A DNA stretch of 64,000 nucleotides, from NCBI GenBank assembly GCA_022508535.1, contig JAFLUZ010000007.1, positions 6,731 to 70,730 of the forward strand, in the 5' to 3' direction. The DNA is from Erysipelotrichales bacterium (GTDB lineage Bacteria > Bacillota_I > Bacilli_A > RFN20 > CAG-826). The first letter of the stretch is position 1. Every line of letters starts with the position of its first letter. A model generated the notes under the pieces. The model had not been told where the DNA came from and made no database searches. It saw only the letters and a program-made list of their open reading frames with translations. A program made the translations under genes and the position numbers. Shown here piece after piece: positions 10,848 to 16,375 of this stretch.

Positions 10848-10890
10848 AAATGTATGCTTCAAATCATTAATAATATTGATGGTGATATTA

Positions 10891-11640
10891 ATGAGTATTT
10901 ATTTAGATCTTAGTATTATCAGCCATATCTTATTAATGATTTTTTCTTTATCTTTTATTAATGTCGTTGATGTCAGTCGTTTAAAAATAAAAGGTAAAAT
11001 AAAATTTATCATTATTGAGACTCCGCTTATCTTGACGTTATATATAAATAAGTGGATTGCGTTAGTATTAACTTTATTCTTAACGGGATTTTTATTTGTT
11101 TTGTTTTTTAAGAAACACTTTATCACACCTCTTTTAGAATATTTATTTAGTTACTATTATCTAGCGTTTATCATGAGCTTAATATCACCATATACGACAT
11201 TCATTAATTATTATCTTGTCATTTTAGATTTAAAAGGACTTATCTCATTAGTGACAATTCCTATCTCATTTTTGATATTAAAAATAGTCACATATTTAGT
11301 TGATAAAATGTATCATCTTGGTAACTATTCATTAAATTTAATCTTAAATTTTGAGGGAAAACACGCAAAAGTAAAAGGGTATTATGACACTGGTAATACG
11401 CTTAAATATAAGGGATTACCCGTTATTTTCTTTAAGCGTTCTGCCTTTCCTTTTGAGCTACCTAAAAAATATGAAACGATTGAATATCAAACAATAAGTG
11501 GGTTTAATTCGACAAAACTTTATCTTGCTTCTGTAATCCTCAATGATCAAAAAGAAAGTTTAGTTTATGTCGCATTAGTGGGGAATGAAAATAGTTTTAA
11601 TGGATGTGAATGTTTATTAAATGTCTATTTAGGAGTGTGA
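10891..11640 (+). CDS. spoIIGA: sporulation pro-sigma-E processing aspartic protease SpoIIGA
   Basis: N-terminus MSIYLDLSII resembles the Bacillus MKIYLDV start. Multi-TM N-terminal half and a DTGN active-site motif (GYYDTGNTL); directly upstream of sigE. The track start at 10807 overlaps the ftsZ terminator. Confidence 0.85.
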   Translation: MSIYLDLSIISHILLMIFSLSFINVVDVSRLKIKGKIKFIIIETPLILTLYINKWIALVLTLFLTGFLFVLFFKKHFITPLLEYLFSYYYLAFIMSLISPYTTFINYYLVILDLKGLISLVTIPISFLILKIVTYLVDKMYHLGNYSLNLILNFEGKHAKVKGYYDTGNTLKYKGLPVIFFKRSAFPFELPKKYETIEYQTISGFNSTKLYLASVILNDQKESLVYVALVGNENSFNGCECLLNVYLGV

Positions 11641-11642
11641 TT

Positions 11643-12338
11643 ATGTTATTTAAAAAAATTGTAAACTTTTTCAAAAAAATTTTTCATCTAAACAATTCGA
11701 CTTATTATATCAATGGATCGGAAAATTTACTCCCTCCATTAAGTAAAGATGAAGAAGAATTAGCACTAAGTGAGTATAAATTAGGATCTATTGAAGCAAG
11801 AAATACACTCATAGAACATAACTTACGCTTAGTGGTTTATGTCGCAAAAAGATATGAATCGAATCTCTATAACCTTGAGGATTTGATATCAATTGGTACA
11901 TTAGGGCTTATCAAAGCAATATCGACTTTTAAAGCAGACAAAAATATCAAATTAGCGACTTATGCATCGCGATGTATCGATAATGAGATATTGATGTTTT
12001 TAAGAAAAAAGGCCCGCATGAAAAGTGAAGTGAGTCTTGATGAACCACTTAATCGCGACAAAGAAGGAAACGAATTATTAATATCAGATATCTTGGCTAC
12101 TGACGAAAACGAAGTAGTGACAAGTATGTATGATGAAGAAACAAAAAGTTCATTACGTGAAGAAATAGCGAAATTAAGGCCACGTGAGAGACAAATTCTA
12201 TCATTAAGATTTGGATTAGATGGTCAAGATGAGTTAACTCAAAAAGAAGTAGCAACATTTTTAGGGATATCCCAAAGTTATATTTCACGTCTTGAAAAGA
12301 AAATTCTAAAAAAATTAAAAGTAGGTTTAAAATATTAA
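11643..12338 (+). CDS. sigE: sporulation sigma factor E (pro-sigma-E)
   Basis: Sigma-70 regions 2-4 with an N-terminal pro-sequence. AGGAG SD lies 7 nt before ATG 11643. spoIIGA-sigE-sigG order. Confidence 0.9.
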   Translation: MLFKKIVNFFKKIFHLNNSTYYINGSENLLPPLSKDEEELALSEYKLGSIEARNTLIEHNLRLVVYVAKRYESNLYNLEDLISIGTLGLIKAISTFKADKNIKLATYASRCIDNEILMFLRKKARMKSEVSLDEPLNRDKEGNELLISDILATDENEVVTSMYDEETKSSLREEIAKLRPRERQILSLRFGLDGQDELTQKEVATFLGISQSYISRLEKKILKKLKVGLKY

Positions 12339-12372
12339 ACATTTGACACACTAATTTTGAGGTGTCATATGC

Positions 12373-13146
12373 GTGGCTGTTAACAAAGTTGTTCTTACGG
12401 GAGTGGACACGGGCAAGTTAGTCGCGTTATCTTCGGAAAAAACTCGTGAATTAATTAGTAAGTATCAAGCTGGAGATAAAACTGTCAAAGATGAACTAAT
12501 CTATGGCAATTTGAAACTAGTGTTATCACTAGTAAATAAATTTGCAAGAAGAACAGATAATCTTGATGATGTGTTTCAAATAGGAGTAATTGGGCTTATT
12601 AAGGCAATTGATAACTTTGACTTAACGCAAGAAGTTAAGTTTTCAACATACGCTGTCCCAATGATTCTAGGCGAGATTAAAAGATATCTTCGTGATAATT
12701 CATTTTTACGAGTTTCAAGGCAAATTAAAGATCGTGCATATCAGGCGATGAAAATTAAAGAAGAATATTTAGCAAAATATCAAAAGGAACCAACGCATGA
12801 GGAAATTGCAAAAATCTTAAATATAACGCCTTTTGAAGTTAATGAAGCTCTAGATGCAATAAATACTGTGTCTTCTCTCTCTGAACCACTTTTTAATGAC
12901 TTTGATGAGTCATTAGAACTTGCAGATACAATTGCAAGTGATCCAAATTCGCAAACAAAAATGGTTGATCATCTCTCTCTTATGGAAGGAATTAACCATT
13001 TAAATGATATTGAAAGGCAAATAATAAAAAAAAGATACTATGATGGAATGACGCAATTTGAAATTGCGGAGGAATTTGATATTTCTCAGGCTCAAGTATC
13101 TAGACTTGAAAAAAACGCCTTAAAAACCTTAAAAAACTACTTTTAG
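12373..13146 (+). CDS. sigG: sporulation sigma factor G
   Basis: Closely resembles Bacillus SigG from the N-terminus (NKVxxxGVDTxKL ... FSTYAVPMIxGEIxRYLRDN ... ISQAQVSRLEK). GTG start with a GAGGTG SD. Confidence 0.88.
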   Translation: MAVNKVVLTGVDTGKLVALSSEKTRELISKYQAGDKTVKDELIYGNLKLVLSLVNKFARRTDNLDDVFQIGVIGLIKAIDNFDLTQEVKFSTYAVPMILGEIKRYLRDNSFLRVSRQIKDRAYQAMKIKEEYLAKYQKEPTHEEIAKILNITPFEVNEALDAINTVSSLSEPLFNDFDESLELADTIASDPNSQTKMVDHLSLMEGINHLNDIERQIIKKRYYDGMTQFEIAEEFDISQAQVSRLEKNALKTLKNYF

Positions 13147-13155
13147 GGAGGATTT

Positions 13156-13479
13156 ATGTCAATTAGAACGTTTATAAAAGAGAAGCTATTACCAAATGAT
13201 GGTGATAGTGATGCTTTTAGTATGAATAAAAAAGAAAAAGAAGTGGTAAAAGTTAAACATGTTGCTCCAATTGTCTATAACGTAACATCTTATTATGAGA
13301 TTGAAGGAATTGCGAAGAATTTATTTTCAAAGCAAAGTATTATTATCAATCTTTCAAATTTGGAAGTGAAGGATAAATATAGGGTGATAGATTTTTTAAG
13401 TGGAGTCACATATTCATTGAGTGGAAAAAGAGAAAAATTAGAGGAAAACATTTATATTTTTTCAGTTAGTGATAATTAA
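13156..13479 (+). CDS. sepF: cell division protein SepF (short form)
   Basis: C-terminal SepF core (IINLSNLEVKDKYRVIDFLSGVTYSLSGK...IYIF), comparable to Bacillus VVVNLQRI...RIVDFLSGTVYAIGG. Confidence 0.75.
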   Translation: MSIRTFIKEKLLPNDGDSDAFSMNKKEKEVVKVKHVAPIVYNVTSYYEIEGIAKNLFSKQSIIINLSNLEVKDKYRVIDFLSGVTYSLSGKREKLEENIYIFSVSDN

Positions 13480-13482
13480 AAA

Positions 13483-13503
13483 GCGGTCAATATTTATGAC
13501 CGC
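13483..13503. terminator. bidirectional hairpin between convergent sepF and the mini-kinase gene
   Basis: GCGGTCA / TGACCGC 7-bp stem flanked by an A-run upstream and a T-rich tract downstream. Confidence 0.65.
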
Positions 13504-14036
13504 TATTTGTGATTTTTTACATATTCAAGGAATTCAGGTGTTTTACTCCAATATTTGATTCCCCAGTTTTCGAAGTTCCATTCTTCCATATAGTTATTAC
13601 ATTCATAATCAATATAATAAAGAATATCTTCTTGGAGTACAAAATTTGTGGGAAAATAATCAATATTTGTGTTGTTAGGATATAAAAGAGAACACATTTT
13701 TTTGACTTGATCAAAACAATATAATGGTAATTCATCATTTAAAACCATTTCATAAACTGTTTTTCCATCAATATATTCTTTTACAATGCGTTCATTTTGA
13801 ATATCAACATCAATCATTTTAGGAAGAGGAATTCCAATACTAGATAGTCTATTATAATCGTTAATTTCTGCTTGGATTTTATCTCCGAATTGGTAATAAT
13901 CGCATGGCTCATGGTGTATTTGTTTTAATACAACTAATTTTCCTTCAAATGATGCTAAATATGAATATCCGCCTTTTCCCTTGCCTAGTAATTTTATAAT
14001 TGTATATTCTTTGTCATTTACACTTAATTTTTCCAT
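13503..14036 (-). CDS. 177-aa minimal protein-kinase-fold protein (Bud32/RIO/Kdo-kinase-sized)
   Basis: Gly-rich loop LGKGKGGYSY, VVLK lysine, catalytic D-x4-N (DYFPTN) and a metal-binding D in YYIDYE. Own SD (AAGGAG) and a TTCGAC-16-TATAAT promoter. Confidence 0.6.
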   Translation of the reverse strand: MEKLSVNDKEYTIIKLLGKGKGGYSYLASFEGKLVVLKQIHHEPCDYYQFGDKIQAEINDYNRLSSIGIPLPKMIDVDIQNERIVKEYIDGKTVYEMVLNDELPLYCFDQVKKMCSLLYPNNTNIDYFPTNFVLQEDILYYIDYECNNYMEEWNFENWGIKYWSKTPEFLEYVKNHK

Positions 14037-14134
14037 AGATATATACTCCTTATAAATATATTATAATGGAATATTCTATTAGTCGAAATTCTTTTTTTAA
14101 TGGACAATTTTGCATAATAGTATATACTATTAAT

Positions 14135-14218
14135 AGGAAGAGGTCCCAGAGCAATCTAGTGACTAACTCCTACAGCTAGTCAGCCGCCTGAGATTGTTGG
14201 TCAGAGTGCGGCTTTTTT
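14135..14218 (+). ncRNA. candidate type I antitoxin sRNA (copy 1), convergent with the toxin ORF
   Basis: TGGACA-16-TATACT promoter (14101-14128). Hairpin TGACTA/TAGTCA displays the loop ACUCCUACAGC. GCCGC...GCGGC stem followed by T6 at 14213-14218. 70/78 nt identical to the second copy at 43553-43630. The 5' end is a guess. Confidence 0.55.
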
Positions 14219-14222
14219 GTTT

Positions 14223-14318
14223 CTACCTATCCTTATTATTTCTAATAATTCCGATAACTGTAACTACAATACTTACAAGAGTAAATATTAAGCTTACAAT
14301 ATTAATAACCGAAGTCAT
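14223..14318 (-). CDS. 31-aa hydrophobic type I toxin-like peptide (holin-like/Fst-like class): MTSVINIVSLIFTLVSIVVTVIGIIRNNKDR
   Basis: AAAGGAGA SD 9 nt before the ATG. Single TM helix plus a basic tail. Stop codon lies 4 nt from the 3' end of the convergent sRNA. Not in the ORF track (<60 aa). Confidence 0.6.
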   Translation of the reverse strand: MTSVINIVSLIFTLVSIVVTVIGIIRNNKDR

Positions 14319-14756
14319 CAATGAAATTCTCCTTTCTGTAATCAGAGAATCTATTGATGAATAATCTTTTTGATTACCATAAATATCATCTCCTTTCTAG
14401 CATAGGAGTTTTGCGCACCTAGACTTTTTAGGGCCTCATTATACTTATAGTTAAAACAAATTTATAAATAGTAAAATTTATGCTCTTTGAAACAAATTTG
14501 AGATTATAATGGGATAAAATATAGTTTTATTTACTTTTTTAAATTGTTGTGTATAATAATTAGTAGCCATTCTTGGCACGTTACCTAGACCCTTTGTCTA
14601 GGCTTTTTTATTTCATGATATTTTTATAAATAATGCATTTAACGCATTCAATCAATATAAATATTTTTACTTTAAAAGTTAACTGAAACAAAAAAAATCA
14701 CTTGACTACATTTTTTTATGGAAGTATATTAATGCCGTAAAAAGGAGAATTAAAAA

Positions 14757-15980
14757 ATGAAAAAGTCTATATTTTTATTATTTTTACCAGCTCTCGTTTT
14801 AGCTGGATGTGTCGGAAACGACAATAGCGCAAGCGAAAATTCAAAAGACCCTGTTTCAACACCAGTTGGTGGTAATTCAACATTACCAGAATCATTTGTA
14901 TCAGGAAGCGATGCTCAAGAAGCAAAAGATGCTTTAATGAACAAAGTTATGGCTTCTATGCAAACACTTGATTGGGATAGCTTCAAAGTCGCAGCAAGCT
15001 TAGATGCTAAGGGTTTACTATCATTCATGGCAGATGAAAATACTTTTGTTACATTATCTAATATGGATATTTCACTTAATCTTGAATTAATGGCATCTTT
15101 AAATAGTGAAGTACTCGGTAGTCTAGATTTTGAAACATTAGTAGGTGATGAAGATTTAGCAAAATTATCATTAATTGGAAATGCCAATTTTAGTCTTGAT
15201 TCATTAGCTATTGATGAAGAAGGAAATGAATATGGCGGAAACGTTAATGGAAGTTTTGATGGAAAAATCACATATGGCCGTCAATCTTTAAAAGCTCCAG
15301 GTATGGAAGAAGCTAAAGAAAGCGATTGGTTATTTGCAAATTATAGTTTTGAAATGAGTGCACTTGAAAATGGTGCAGAAGAACCTGAAGAAGAAAAACA
15401 AAGCATGACTCTTCTTAGCGATGATATCTTGCCATCATATTTAGAATTCGTCGGCGGATCTATGGATGATGAATATGAAGAATATTACTCAATTGCTGAA
15501 TTAGATGATGACGATTATTACGAAGAAGATGATGATCCTATGATGATGCTTTTAGCAATGATTTATGAATCAGCTAGTATTGCCGAAGTTGATAATACAT
15601 ACTTCCTTAAAGTCGAATTAAAAGATGTATTTGATATGTTATTTGCTTCTGAAGGAGGAGTAATGCCAGAATCTGATGCTGAAATGCCATCTCCAGTCAT
15701 CAAAGGTAGCATTGTTGCTAAATTTGCATTTAATGAAGAAGATGCATTAAGAGAAGTTGCATTAAGTCTTGAAGATGCAAAAGTTGCTTATGATAATTTT
15801 ATTGATTTAGAATTATCTTTCGCATTCTCAGCAGCTAAAACTGAAGAAAAAGTCGTATTAGTAACTCAAGCTGAAATTGATGCTTTAGGTGAAAATGTTG
15901 CTTATGTACCTGGTGAATACTTATTTGAAAGTATGGTTCCAGATTATCCATCAGACGATTATCCATCAGATGAATTCTAA
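14757..15980 (+). CDS. acidic lipoprotein of unknown function
   Basis: Signal peptide with lipobox LAG|C. Very D/E-rich mature part ending in the repeat DYPSDDYPSDEF. TTGACT-17-TATATT promoter at 14702-14730. Confidence 0.7.
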   Translation: MKKSIFLLFLPALVLAGCVGNDNSASENSKDPVSTPVGGNSTLPESFVSGSDAQEAKDALMNKVMASMQTLDWDSFKVAASLDAKGLLSFMADENTFVTLSNMDISLNLELMASLNSEVLGSLDFETLVGDEDLAKLSLIGNANFSLDSLAIDEEGNEYGGNVNGSFDGKITYGRQSLKAPGMEEAKESDWLFANYSFEMSALENGAEEPEEEKQSMTLLSDDILPSYLEFVGGSMDDEYEEYYSIAELDDDDYYEEDDDPMMMLLAMIYESASIAEVDNTYFLKVELKDVFDMLFASEGGVMPESDAEMPSPVIKGSIVAKFAFNEEDALREVALSLEDAKVAYDNFIDLELSFAFSAAKTEEKVVLVTQAEIDALGENVAYVPGEYLFESMVPDYPSDDYPSDEF

Positions 15981-16012
15981 TTTATAGAGAATTTATAGAA
16001 TTAATTGTACAA

Positions 16013-16047
16013 AGACTAATGTGAAAAAACGCATTAGTCTTTTTTTT
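16013..16047 (+). terminator. intrinsic terminator after the lipoprotein gene
   Basis: AGACTAATG / CATTAGTCT stem followed by T7. Confidence 0.8.
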
Positions 16048-16134
16048 CAGAAATTTAGTATTTTTTAATTAATGTATTTAGATATTATTTTCATTTCTTG
16101 ACAAGTTACAAATATTATTTAATAATATTTAAGT

Positions 16135-16356
16135 AAATCGTAGATAAAGACACGTATCTTAGAAGTACTGATTTAGCGAGATGACAAATGGTGAAAGGTC
16201 ATTATTAAGTATTTAAGATATATCACTTTGGAGAGATTATTCGATATGTAGAATAGTACGTTAATCGCGTTAAGATTATTGAGTGGTTTCTAAATTTTAG
16301 AAACAATTAAGGTGGTACCGCGTATATTACGTCCTTAAATTAAGGGCGTTTTTATT
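16135..16356 (+). promoter_or_regulatory. T-box leader (Ile specifier AUC at 16222-16224) controlling ileS
   Basis: AGCGAGA...GGTGAAAG stem I elements; T-box core AATTAAGGTGGTACCGCG (16307-16324); terminator CGTCCTT/AAGGGCG followed by T5. Confidence 0.9.
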
Positions 16357-16375
16357 TTATTAGGAGGAAAGAAAT

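Noticed and set aside
10807-10890. N-terminal 28-codon extension of spoIIGA in the ORF track.
   Set aside because: It starts inside the ftsZ terminator hairpin and has no SD. The ATG at 10891 gives the conserved MSIYLD... N-terminus.
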